The notes under the pieces were generated by a model, which saw nothing but the letters and a program-made list of their open reading frames with translations, was not told where the DNA came from and did not search any database. This document shows, in pieces, positions 9,472-20,768 of a stretch of 64,000 nt of DNA (its first letter is position 1; every line of letters starts with the position of its first letter). Source of the stretch: Macrostomum lignano (Eukaryota). Where the stretch lies: assembly GCA_002269645.1 (NCBI GenBank), contig NIVC01000352.1, positions 434,001 to 498,000 on the forward strand. Direction: 5' to 3'. Both the position numbers and the translations under genes were made by a program.

Positions 9472-10851
9472 ATGGCTGAGAAAGGTTTGACCGCCAGTGC
9501 AGCGCTGCCCGGAGTTTTCAGTACCGGCAACTTTAAGGAATGGCTGCAGCGTTTCAATGTATGCGCAAAAGTCAACAAGTGGGACACGTGCAAAGCGGAG
9601 CGACTGGCCACATTTTTGGATGGCGAGGCTCTCGTCGTTTATTTGGAACTGTCGGCAGGAGATCAGGCAGACTACGACAAAGTAGTCCAGGCGGCTACCG
9701 GACATTTGCCCTCCGGCATTTGCCCTCCGGACATTTGCCCTCCGGCATTTGCCCTCCGGACATTTGCCCTCCGGCATTTCCCCTCCGGACATTTGCCCTC
9801 TGGAAAAGTACAGGTAAGGCTGGGGATAGGGTAGGGCGCGGGTATATATTGCTTACTAGAAAAGGATGAGTTGTTGGCTGGAGAAGAACCTGATGGATGC
9901 AAGAGGCGGGAGGATGAGGTTGGTGCTGGAGGAACGACGGGTGGGTACAGGAGGAGGTGAGGTGAGTAATGTGCGAGGGGGTAAATTTGCAGAGGGCAAA
10001 TGTGCGGAGGGGAAATGTCCGGAGGGCAAATGTCCGGAGGGCAAATGTCCGGAGGGCAAATGTCCGGAGGGCAAATGTCCGGAGGGCAAATGTCCCCGAG
10101 GGCAAATGTTCCCGAGGGGAAATGTCCGGAGGGCAAATGTCCGGAGGGGAAATGTCCCGGAGGGCAAATGTCCGGAGGGCAAACGCCGCCGAGGGGAAGT
10201 GCCGGAGGGCAAGTGCCGGAGGGGAAGTGCCGGAGGGCAAATGTCTGGAAGCGAGTCCAGGCATTGGATGATGCATTCCACCCGAACCGCGAGCACTTCG
10301 CCGTCATGGAGGCGTTCAAATCAAGGAAGATTTTGTCGAATGAGACTCCACGCATGTATCTTTACGAGTTAAAGAAGATGCTCAAAAGCTCCTCCGTGGA
10401 CAACAAAGATGCTCAAGAGGCTCTGCTGTTCCATCAGTTCGTCGGTGGCCTTCCCGAATCCGTGAGCTGGCAGATTCGCGCGGACTCCAGCGTTAAGACC
10501 TCAGAGCAAGCGCTTCAAAAGGCCCAGCTACTGATGCAGCACAGCTCGCCAAGCATCCCAGCAGCAGCGGTGCAACCTCAGTCGAGCCAATCCAGCGAAG
10601 TTCAGGAGCTGCGGGACACTGTGCAGAGTCTGCAGGCATCGGTGAGCACCCTGAGTTCCCAGCTGCAGCAGCTGGCAGCCTGTGGAGTGAGGACGAGCAG
10701 CACAACGAGACCGCAGCACCGTTCGAAGTCTGACATCATCTGCTACAACTGCCACAAGGCCGGCCACATTGCCAGAGATTGCTACAGCAGGCGACAGCCA
10801 GGAAACGCCAGAGGCTGGGGTGTGCGGGCCCGCAACCCCGGCCAGCAGTAA
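9472..10851 (+). CDS. gag: Gag, interrupted by a nested insertion
   Basis: The N-terminal part ...KVVQA joins LDDAFHPNRE... in the same frame once 570 nt are removed; CCHC knuckle CYNCHKAGHIARDC. Confidence 0.9.
9693..10253. mobile_element. Non-autonomous Foldback/MULE-like DNA element (561 bp) nested in gag
   Basis: 9-bp TSD AGTCCAGGC (9684-9692, 10254-10262); inverted arms built of ~15-bp tandem units (ggacatttgccctcc); unique core ~9806-9969. Confidence 0.88.
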
Positions 10852-13800
10852 CTGCGGGCCCAGCAGCAGCGGCTTCAAGGCCGGCGCTCACAGTCGGCGG
10901 GATCTTCGACGGATGCAGCGTCGCGCCCGACCGACTATCGCAGTGTGAGTGCAAGCTTGATGGCAGAAGTGTGAAGGCGCTGTTAGACACCGGAAGCCAG
11001 TGCTCACTAGTTGAGTCCAGCATCCTGACAAAATCCCAGCTCAGACAGGCAACTGCAGCCAGAGTGCAACTTCATTCAGTGAACAAGCAGCCAATTAGCA
11101 TAGAACGGCAAATCGAATTGCCACTTACAGTCGGTGGAGTGACAGCCCGGCAATTGTTTTTCGTTGTGTCAGGTTTGGTCTGCCCTGTCATTGTTGGAGT
11201 CGACTTCATCGGCAAGCATAATTTGCAGCTGGACTTCACAGGATCTTCACAAGAAGCCGGCCAAGTCTGCAGCACCAGATTCCAGGCTGACACCGACGAT
11301 CCAGTTGACATCGAAGACGCACTCGTCCCCGAGTTCAGCTGTGAAGAGTTCGAGTTGCCGACTACCGACGACCCTGATGTACAACAGCTGCTGGTGGAGT
11401 TCAAAGACTTGTTCAAGAAAAAGCCGGGACTAACTCATCTGCAACAGCACCGAATTGTTCTCTCGGATGAAGTACCTGTCCGAGTGCCACCGCGCCGAAT
11501 GCCTGTGCATTACCGGGAGAAGGTAGAGCAGCTGATTCAGGAACTGCTGGAGAACGACGTGATAGAGCTGAGCGAAAGTCCGTACGTGGCCCCACCGGTG
11601 TACGTGACAAAGAAGGATGGCAGTCTCCGCCTGACCATAGACTATCGAGAGATCAACAAGAAGACTATTCGCTCTGCACAGGGAATTCCGTTGATGGAGG
11701 AGGCAAGAGATCGAATCGCAGGCAGTTCAGTGTTCTCTGTGTTGGATCTCAATGGAGGCTATTTTCAAATTCCGATGGCAGAAGAAGACAAGCTAAAAAC
11801 TGCTTTCTGTCCGGGACCAGGGATGCCGCTGTACCAATTTAAGAGAATGCCCCAAGGTCTGTCGGGGGCCCAAGCACATTCTGCATGCTAATGTCAAAAG
11901 TTTTCAACGGCTGCGATTTCGTCTTCACGTTCTTCGATGACAGCCTGTGCTTCTCAAAGACCAAGTCGGATCATCTGCGGCAACTTCGAGAGACCTTCGA
12001 GCGACTTCGAGCAGCCGGACTGACATTAAGAGGCTCCAAGTGCAAGATCGCGGTACCCGAAGTGACCTTTCTCGGCACACGGTATTCAAAGGATGGTGCC
12101 CAGCCCAGCCAGGAGAAGCTGGAGGCAATTCAGCAGTGGAGAGAGCCGAGGTCAGCCAAGGAGGTGCGTCAGTTCATCGGCCTGTGCAACCAATACCGAC
12201 GCCATGTAGCCAACTTCGCTGCCATCGCCGCACCGCTGCACCATCTGACTGGCAAGGGCGTTCCATTTGACTGGACTTCGGAATGCCAGACGGCCTTCGA
12301 CGAGCTCAAAAGGTGCCTAATTAGTCCTCCGATCCTGGTGAACCCGGATTTCACCAAGGAGTTCTCAGTCTTCACAGATGCCAGTGGCAGCGGAGTCGGT
12401 GCAATTCTGAAGCAAGGCGAGGCGGTGATCGAGTTCTCAAGCCGCGCATTCAATTCAGCTGAGAAGAAATACTCTGCAACAGAAAAGGAGTGCCTGGCCA
12501 TCCTGCACGCATTCAAAGTTTTTCGCCACTATCTTCTCGGCAAGCATTTCACGGTGCACACGGATCACTGCCCGCTCACCTACATCGATTCACAGAGAGT
12601 TGACAGCTACGGAAGGCTAGGACGATGGCGTCTGCTGCTTCAAGAGTTCGACTTCACCGTCAAGTACCGAAGAGGCGTTGAGAACACAGATGCTGACGCG
12701 CTGTCCAGACTGCACGGCCAAGAAGTCGCAGCTACGCAGCTGACTCCGGAAATCGACACTGAAGAGCTCAAAACTGCGCAGCGACATGACCCGGAGCTCA
12801 GCCAGGTGATTCAGGCGATGGACAAGGACGCAGAAATTGCACCCAGATGGCGAGCAGGACCACTGCAGCAACTCGGCAGAATCTGGAAGAAGCTGAAGCT
12901 GGATGATGACGGTGTTCTACTGCGCAAGTTCAATGACCCGGACGGCCTGCGGGAGGTTTCAGTGGTGCCAGCGCGGCTTCGACAACAGTTTTTGACCAAC
13001 GCTCACGAAGGTCTGGGAGGTCATTTCGGAGCCGAGAAATGCTACCGCACACTGAAACTGACCGCCTACTGGCCCGGCATGGCTGAAGACATCGTGCAAC
13101 ACTGCCAGAGTTGTTCTGTCTGTCAGGAGAAGAAAGCGGGCTCGCGGACCAGCGCGCCACTCGGAGAACTGCCAATCGGCTCGCCGTGGGATTCTGTGGC
13201 TATCGACATCGTCAAGGTGGCGCCATCATCGCGCGGCAACGAATACCTGCTGGTGGCTCAGGATCAATTTTCCAAGTACCTGACGGCCGTGGCGATTCCT
13301 GACCAGACTGCTGAGACTACTGCTCGCGCCTTCCTCTCCATCTGCTCCCAGACTGGACTTCCCCGAGTCATCCACTCCGATCAAGGACCGAATTTCGAGT
13401 CTCAGCTTTTTCAAGACACTCTGCGAGGCCTGGGAGTCACGAAGACAAGAACAACGGCTTACAATCCCAAAGGCAACGGATTAGCAGAGTCGGGCAACAA
13501 GTCAGTGCTGCAGTTACTCAGGTGTTTCACCGAGCGAGAGAGCGAGTGGGAGGACAAGCTGCCACTGATCCTGCTGTCCTACAATTCCCGGGTGCACTGC
13601 TCAACACAGCTGCCGCCACTGAAGGTGTTCACCGGGCGCGATCCGAGCCTGCCGGTCATCAGCCAGCAGTCCAGGCGATTCTATGACGTGCGCACCTACG
13701 CCGACAAGCTCGAGGGCGACCTGCTGCGAATTCGAGAGTTTGTCGAGGAGCATCTGGTGCAGGCGGCTGGCGAGCAAAAGAGCGGCTACGACAGGTCGAC

Positions 13801-14134
13801 CGGGCAGCTGCGCACGTTCAGTCCTGGAGACGAGGTCCTGCTGCGCATCGAGCTGAGGGGCTCCAAGCTGGCGCCGTACTGGGAGCCGGGCTGGCAGGTG
13901 CTGTCGCAGCGGGATCTGGTAGTCGAAATTCGAAAGATCGAGAACGGCCGGACCCGCAAAGTGAATGTGAATCGTCTGCGGCCGCGGATCCTGCCAGTCC
14001 CTGACGGAGAGCGCTTCCTGCAGCCGCCCTTTGCGCACGCGGCGCACGGCGGCGATGAGGCGGACGAGGAGCCGCCCCCGAGACGCTACCCGGTGCGTAG
14101 GCGGATGCCGGTGGATCGCTATGTGGCCGGTTGA
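10779..14134 (+). CDS. pol: Pol (protease, RT, RNase H, integrase) with one 1-nt frameshift near 11868-11870
   Basis: LLDTGS protease; RT motifs LDLNGGYFQI and FFDD; RNase H TDASG; integrase H-H-C-C and D-D-E. Adding one C to gggggcccaagc restores GAPSTFCMLM. Confidence 0.92.
10800..10842 (+). promoter_or_regulatory. Candidate -1 ribosomal frameshift signal (gag-pol)
   Basis: pol is in the -1 frame. A GGA AAC is followed ~7 nt later by the GC-rich hairpin gctggggt-g-tgcgg...ccgca-accccggc. Confidence 0.6.
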
Positions 14135-14289
14135 ATTTTTGATTGACTCAGTGACTGTTCTACTGACTGTTGCAAATTATTTGAAAGCGAGAAATTCTTT
14201 ATACCAATATTGTTTCGAATGTTTTACTGTTCTTATGTTTCCTCGAATTATTCGTTCGAATGTTATTGATCTTTTTCGCCGGGGAGGAT

Positions 14290-14505
14290 TGTAGTGAGTT
14301 GCAAGTGTACTTGCATGCGCCAGTCGCTAGAGCGGGGTGGGGGTTGCTATTGTACAGCATGTACGTGCTTTTCACCCACCCCTGTCTCTATCTTTTATAC
14401 CCAGTTATGTAACAATCGTTGTATCGTATTTAACCTGCGTATCGATCTAATAAACGCCAAGAGGCTTCGTCAACTCTCAGTTGTATCTCTCTGCTTTAGT
14501 CTACA
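14290..14505 (+). repeat. 3' LTR
   Basis: Matches the 5' LTR and is preceded by the PPT. Confidence 0.95.
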
Positions 14506-14924
14506 TGTGATCTTATCTTAGTCATAGAGAGAGCTATAACTCATTCAAAAATTTAGTTTTCAAAAAAGTCCGAGAAGCCTCAGCTTCATCAATTTAGCCA
14601 CATACTCGTATATTTAGACGGTTAGTAAATGACGCAAAAATATTTTTTTCTTAAATACACGTATGAAAAAATGGCTTGATACAGTTAATAAAATAATGCA
14701 TAAAAATTGATATTTACACTAGGAATGCAATCGATCGATTAAGTTTAAAAGCACTGTTTTTTGGTTCACGCGAAAGAAAAAAGACAAAAAAACGCGAAAT
14801 GACAATGGAGGACTTAAAAAATTATTTTGTTTGTTTGGACGACATTTTTGATGACTTGCAAAAAACGAGCGTAACAAGGTAATAATATTATTTGACATGG
14901 CATGTCAGGGACCCAAACTACCGA

Positions 14925-16722
14925 TTATAAACTGGCTTCGTTCACCTTTGCCAGTACCCGGCAGATCTCGAGTCGGCCAGTACGGTCTCCAACTAGCAGG
15001 GCCGGCTCCTGTTCACCTGGCAACTGCACCAGCTCTAGCACAGCCACCTCAGAGGTGTGCTGGCAGGACAATACCTGGGAAATATTGGTTTGACAGAGTT
15101 ATGCATTCGAACTTTAACCACGATAAAAATTACACCCTTGGGTTCAGTTTACATTAGTTTGCATAGTTCACGTTAATTTTGGGGGCTCGTGAACAGAAAT
15201 GATGTGGGAGTCAAGACGAAGCCTCAAGGCACAGATAGTGTACATGCCTGATGACGTTGTCATTTCTTTTATGGCGACATTTTTCGGTCTATGTGAGAGA
15301 TTTTACTATTAAAATCTTTATTCGTCTACTTTTCACAGTAGTCTAAATTGAATTTCTCACACTAATTATGGACGAAATTCTCGATTGAAATTGTCTTTAG
15401 AGCTATGTAAAAACATGGAAGTGCATGCACCAATCATGAAGGGGTCCTTGATCTACTTGATGGGGGACAGGGTGACTGCAGACTGCCAAATAAAACACCC
15501 GCGCACCTGTTGCATCTCAATTTTTCCAGCAGCCAGAGTCGCCAGCCAAATCTTGATTTCACCAGTCTCGCTGCCAGTGCCCAGCAGGGCTGACGAGCTG
15601 CTGCCGGTCAAGGAGCCGCCGGTCAGGGGGCCGACTGCCAAGAGACGTCTCGAGTGGCACTGCAGGTGGCGGGTTTGGAAATTCGGGTTTGGCTGTGATT
15701 GGGCTGTGAGGGTTGGATGGCTGGGTTGTGAGCTGTCAGTTGGCTGGGGCTGTGAGTGTTGCATGGGCGGGTTGTGAGCTGTCAGTTGGCTGGGGCTGTG
15801 AGGGTTGGCTGGGTGGGTTGTGAGTTAATTGGGGCTGTGAGGGTTGGCTGGGTGGGTTGTGAGCTGCCAGCTGGTTGGAGCTGGGAGGGTTGGATGGCTG
15901 GGTTGTGAGCTGTCAGTTGGCTGGGGCTGTGAGGGTTGGCTGGGTGGGTTGTGAGTTGTGAGCTTCCTTGAACTGTGAAGTACACGCAGCCCCACTCACT
16001 TTGTGACCATCAAGCTGGGCCACCACCTCGCCGTCGGCATTGAGCAGCCGCAGATCCAGGCAGCCCATGGAGGAGCAGCCGTGCACCAGCAGCAACTGCG
16101 CTCTGTCTCCGGAGAGCATGCAGGCTCCAATCGGTCGCGACTGGTCAGTTGGCGGGTCAACAATGCAGCTCTTCAGCGGCCAACAGGTGAAACGGCTTCG
16201 ACTGGAGGAACTGTCGGGCAGCAGTAGCGACACCGGCTCACCCAGACGGCGGATCAGGTACCTGCCGCTGCTGCCAAATGAGCAGAGAAGCTCTACGCGC
16301 TTCGAGCAGCCGTCTGAATTTGCCGCTTTATGCAGCGTCCGAACGGGACCCGAACGACCGATCGGGATGTACAGAACGGAGCCGTCGAAGCAGCCGACCA
16401 GTAAGCGGTCGCCACGAGAGTCGGCGTGCAGGCAGCTGGCAGAGCAGCGGGCTGGCAGCGGAATGTTGTCAAAAGCGGCGGTCTCCTCCAGGGACACCAG
16501 CAGCAGGCTCTGCTGACAGCCCACTGCGAGTCGACCGTCTGGCAATTGGCAAATGCAGCTGAGGGACGCTAACGAAGTGGTTAAAGATTTATTGATCAGC
16601 TCAACAGCGCCGTCTGCCTCGGAGCAATCCAGCGACTCGAATGTGAGCGGGTCATCAGACGCAATGTCGACGTGCGCCTGTGCGAGATAATTATTTTTTC
16701 GAGTGCGTTTTTCAGAGAACAT
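14925..16722 (-). CDS. WD40/beta-propeller-like protein, 3 exons (16000-16722, 15507-15659, 14925-15074), ~341 aa; possibly 5'-incomplete
   Basis: Phase-0 GT-AG junctions HK|CH and QQ|VL join into one ORF ending in TAA. WD-like blades: LLVGCFDGSV, LGTGSETGEIKIW, LLVGDRTGRLEI. Confidence 0.75.
15685..15960. repeat. Degenerate ~23-bp minisatellite in WD40-gene intron 1
   Basis: Repeated ggctgggttgtgagctgtcagtt-like units. Confidence 0.85.
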
Positions 16723-17839
16723 TTTATTGTTACTGTAAAGTACTGTACTTGCACATGTATTCAGCTAGCTTCGAACTCTTACTATAGGCAGCCAAATGGA
16801 ATGAACAGACTTTTCATAGACTGATGCTTTCGCTCGAGACAAATACAGGCAAGGACTACTCAAATAAAGAGGCATGAAGCTACGTTTCGTGGAAAATTTG
16901 ACTAATAAGATTACTGCAGCACAATTATAAAATTATAATTCGAAGGATCCTATTTGTCTAATCGAAAAACTGATATACTGTACACATGTAGAAGGCTTCA
17001 TCAAAAGATGAACATTTGGATCTCCCTTATAACAAAAGAAACAATTAACGTAGTTTGCTGCGTTCTTCTGCTTGAGTTGTTCTTGAACTTGAATACAGGC
17101 TTCTTATATAAACACTGTTGATCAGACACGTACTAAAAACACGCAAAACTAATGCGATCTATTCATGTACAGTACGTATTGTATTCAGTCTAAATTGTTT
17201 CTGAGTATAAAGATACAAAATTTAATATGTTTAGTCACCTGAGATTTGTCATCGTCGAAGTCCGATGATTGATTTAAGTTCTTTGTCACGCCGCCATCCG
17301 CGATCAGATCGACGGATTCTGTCATTTTTAGTTGAAGTCGACGGTTTAGCTTAATAGAAAAGCTACTATGCACATTAACACAGCCTCGGTATATTCAGCT
17401 ATTCCTGAGATGGAAATTACGTATCACCCCCTATAAATGCAAGACACCGAGTACACCAATTACGTTAGTACCCTATGAGTCTGCACTTGCGATGCTCTAG
17501 CTCAGTGCTGTACAAAGCAACCTATAATAGCTTTCGCTAAATTTAGACGTCAAGCATATAGTATATTTTTAATAATTACTCAACTCAAGAAGACAAGGAA
17601 CAAAAAAAAGAAATCAGGGAAGCCTCTTTTCTTCGTTACTCTTACCCCACCCCAACCACAAGTTTTCCCAATATGTTTAGTCTGATCCAATCTCGATTTT
17701 GATAATATCTGCTTCATTTCAAAACTGAATCAACTCTACACAGTTCGCTTGAATTTCACAGGAGTCACGGCAATTGTTTTTGTATTAGCCCTATAGCCCT
17801 ATGATTTCACAACCCATGTGTACAAAGAACAACTTTAAG

Positions 17840-18795
17840 TACCAAGGGGTACAAAGACCAGTTTTGAACAACCAAGGGGTACAACGTTTTGAGCAACTAA
17901 GGGATACAAAGGCCTGGTTTTGAGCAACCAAGGGATACAAAGGCCTGGTTTTGAGCAACCAAGGGATACAAAGGCCTGGTTTTGAGCAACCAAGGGATAC
18001 AAAGGCCTGGTTTTGAGCAACCAAGGGATACAAAGACCAGGTTTTGAGCAACCAAGGGGTACAAAGACCAGGTTTGAACAACCACCGGGTACAAAGACCA
18101 GGTTTTGAGCAACCAAGAGGTACAAAGACCTGGTTTTGAGCAACCAAGAGGTACAAAGACCTGGTTTTGAGCAACCAAGGGATACAAAGGCCTGGTTTTG
18201 AGCAACCAAGGGATACAAAGACCAGGTTTTGAGCAACCAAGGGGTACAAAGACCAGGTTTTGAGCAACCAAGAGGTACAAAGACCTGGTTTTGAGCAACC
18301 AAGAGGTACAAAGACCTGGTTTTGAGCAACCAAGAGGTACAAAGACCTGGTTTTGAGCAACCAAGGGATACAAAGGCCTGGTTTTGAGCAACCAAGGGAT
18401 ACAAAGACCAGGTTTTGAGCAACCAAGGGGTACAAAGACCAGGTTTGAACAACCACCGGGTACAAAGACCAGGTTTTGAGCAACCAAGAGGTACAAAGAC
18501 CTGGTTTTGAGCAACCAAGAGGTACAAAGACCTGGTTTTGAGCAACCAAGGGATACAAAGACCTGGTTTTGAGCAACCAAGAGGTACAAAGACCAGGTTT
18601 GAACAACCACCGGGTACAAAGACCAGGTTTTGAGCAACCAAGAGGTACAAAGACCTGGTTTTGAGCAACCAAGGGATACAAAGACCTGGTTTTGAGCAAC
18701 CAAGAGGTACAAAGACCAGGTTTTGAGCAACCAAGGGGTACAAAGACCAGGTTTGAACAACCACCGGGTACAAAGACCAGGTTTTGAGCAACCGG
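17840..18795. repeat. 31-bp intergenic minisatellite with a 30-bp variant unit
   Basis: Unit gagcaaccaagggatacaaagacctggtttt; head-to-tail with no spacers. Confidence 0.95.
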
Positions 18796-20050
18796 CAGAT
18801 TATGCTTTAGAAGATTGTTTGCATAAATTTTTGCCTCTTCAAAGAAAGTAGAAAACAAGGATAGCACTGCTAGAGTAGCTAAAAATCTATAGATTTTAAT
18901 GTAAATCTACAACTTTGCAAGCCGAAGATAGATAATATCAAGGCCTGATAAACTGCAAACTAGAGTCACTAGCTGATATACTATATACTCCATTAGTCTC
19001 ATTTTATATTATTTATTAGTAAGTATATATTCATATTCAAAATAGTCGCAAAGTAAGGGACTTTCCTAACAGAGCAGTCAGTTTAAACAAAACAAAATAT
19101 GCTTAGGCAACAGGCTATCTAGGGACACATTGCCGAGGGGGTTGAAGAGACAGGCAAAAGGTTTTGAAAGCTGCTACTACCAACAAGCACAACTCGTTGG
19201 TCTATTCAACTTTTTTCGCAGAGTTCAATTGAACACGAAATCATCAAATCGAATACTGGACAAGCAGATTTAGAGGGAGTGGGCTTAAACAGGGCTAATT
19301 CTAGAATATATTCGCTTCAAGCTTAAACTATTACTAGCTAGTAGATATACTACTCACGAAAGTAGCAAGTCAACCAGACGAGACGAGGCTGGCTAAAATA
19401 CAAGCGGAGAAGAAATGGGCTCTGTTTTCTTTTAAGAATTAACAAAGGACTTTGCATGCTGTGCTCAACTGTCACTCCGAGCACGGAGAGTGACGGAAAG
19501 CACCTTCTCAGAAAACAGGCTTTAGGTTTGCTGTGTAGGGCTGAAGCAGCACAGGAAAATTTAAACAGAAATAAACCGAAAAATTGAGCCACGCCTCGAA
19601 ATTAAGTTGCTAGGTTAGAAATTTAAGAAATAAACAGAGTTTTTCACTTTCTCGAAATGAATTCTCAACAATGAGCACATAGTTCTGACTTTATTCAACA
19701 AAAAGTGGTGCATCATTTTACCTTTTGGCTTGTATTTCTGATTGTGTTAATAATTTGTGTGTTCCCTGCAATAAATAGAAGAATTATAAACCAGAAGAAA
19801 GGCAAACTGACCTATTTACTCAGTCATATACTCAGATACTAGTATAACTAGATGTGTCATTCGCAATTGAAGTCGTGAAAAAGCAGAGCGTCTACTCTTT
19901 TATCAATAGCTTGTATGCGCAGGGTCACTTAACTTTAAAGTGGCAGCAATATATCCTTTACCTTTCTTTGGTGTTTGCGACCTCAGGAGCATATGGGATT
20001 GAGAATGAGCAACCAGCATTGAACTCGATGTACACAAGTGAACGCAAGAC

Positions 20051-20210
20051 GGGCGAAACTTAGCCTAGGGCGCAGGCCCAATCTAGCTCAGCCAATGAGA
20101 GAGCAGTAAGGAGAAAGGGCAAAGTCAGACAGGCAAACCTCAGTCTAGGGGGCAGGCCCAATCTAGCTCAGCCAATGAGAGAGCAGTAAGGAGAGAGGTC
20201 AAAGTCAGAC
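20051..20210. repeat. Imperfect 80-bp tandem duplication
   Basis: ctaggg(c/g)gcaggcccaatctagctcagccaatgagagagcagtaaggaga occurs at 20065 and 20145. Confidence 0.85.
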
Positions 20211-20768
20211 ACAAGAAGGCAAGAGGAAAGCCAAAATGTTTATCAGCTTGGCTGCGGGCTGCTAATTTAATGGGTCTGCTTGTAGAAGGCCAGAGGCGAT
20301 TGTTGCAGCTTCAAAAACTTTAAATATAATTGTAAAATTAAGCAGTTTTATATTTACTAAAATAACAAAAAACCCTATATCCTACTGAAAAGGAGTAGAC
20401 GAGCATATTTTTTGACTGGCATATCTAGCTATTCCAGTATCTGTGGTCATAACTACTCGTAGCTACGGTATGCTATAGAATACAATTCTACAGATGACTC
20501 CATGGGTTAGCTGTAGATTTTGCAAGGATTTTCCGTGGACTTTTCACGGATTTACCATAGATTTCCCATGGACTTCCTACGAATTTACGACGGACTTTCT
20601 ATGAATTTTTAGTAAAAAGAACGCAAATCTATTAATACTATGGTACTACTAAGTACGCTCGTAATTACTATTACTTATAATTATACAGTAGCTAGCCAAT
20701 GGTACTTGCATCATAGTTTTTTTTGGGAACAAAAAGTATTATTAAAGAGCCAAGCTAGTCAAAGGCGA

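Larger units (their letters stand above)
9229..14505 (+). mobile_element. Full-length Ty3/gypsy LTR retrotransposon
   Basis: 216-bp TG...CA LTRs at 9229-9444 and 14290-14505 with 2 mismatches; 4-bp TSD TGTG; PBS; PPT ggggaggat at 14281-14289; gag followed by PR-RT-RH-IN. Confidence 0.97.

Noticed and set aside
16730-17380. Possible extra 5' exons of the WD40-like gene (e.g. MTESVDLIADGG...KSQ|gtgact)
   Set aside because: Splice-like signals exist, but I could not build a phase-consistent, stop-free path to the 16722 exon.
17791-18867. Long ORFs (287-358 aa) in the 31-bp array
   Set aside because: Periodic translation of a stop-poor tandem repeat; no unique coding content.
19100-19600. Possible decayed transposase or exon fragments
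   Set aside because: Only a weak TRW-like motif amid stops; insufficient support.
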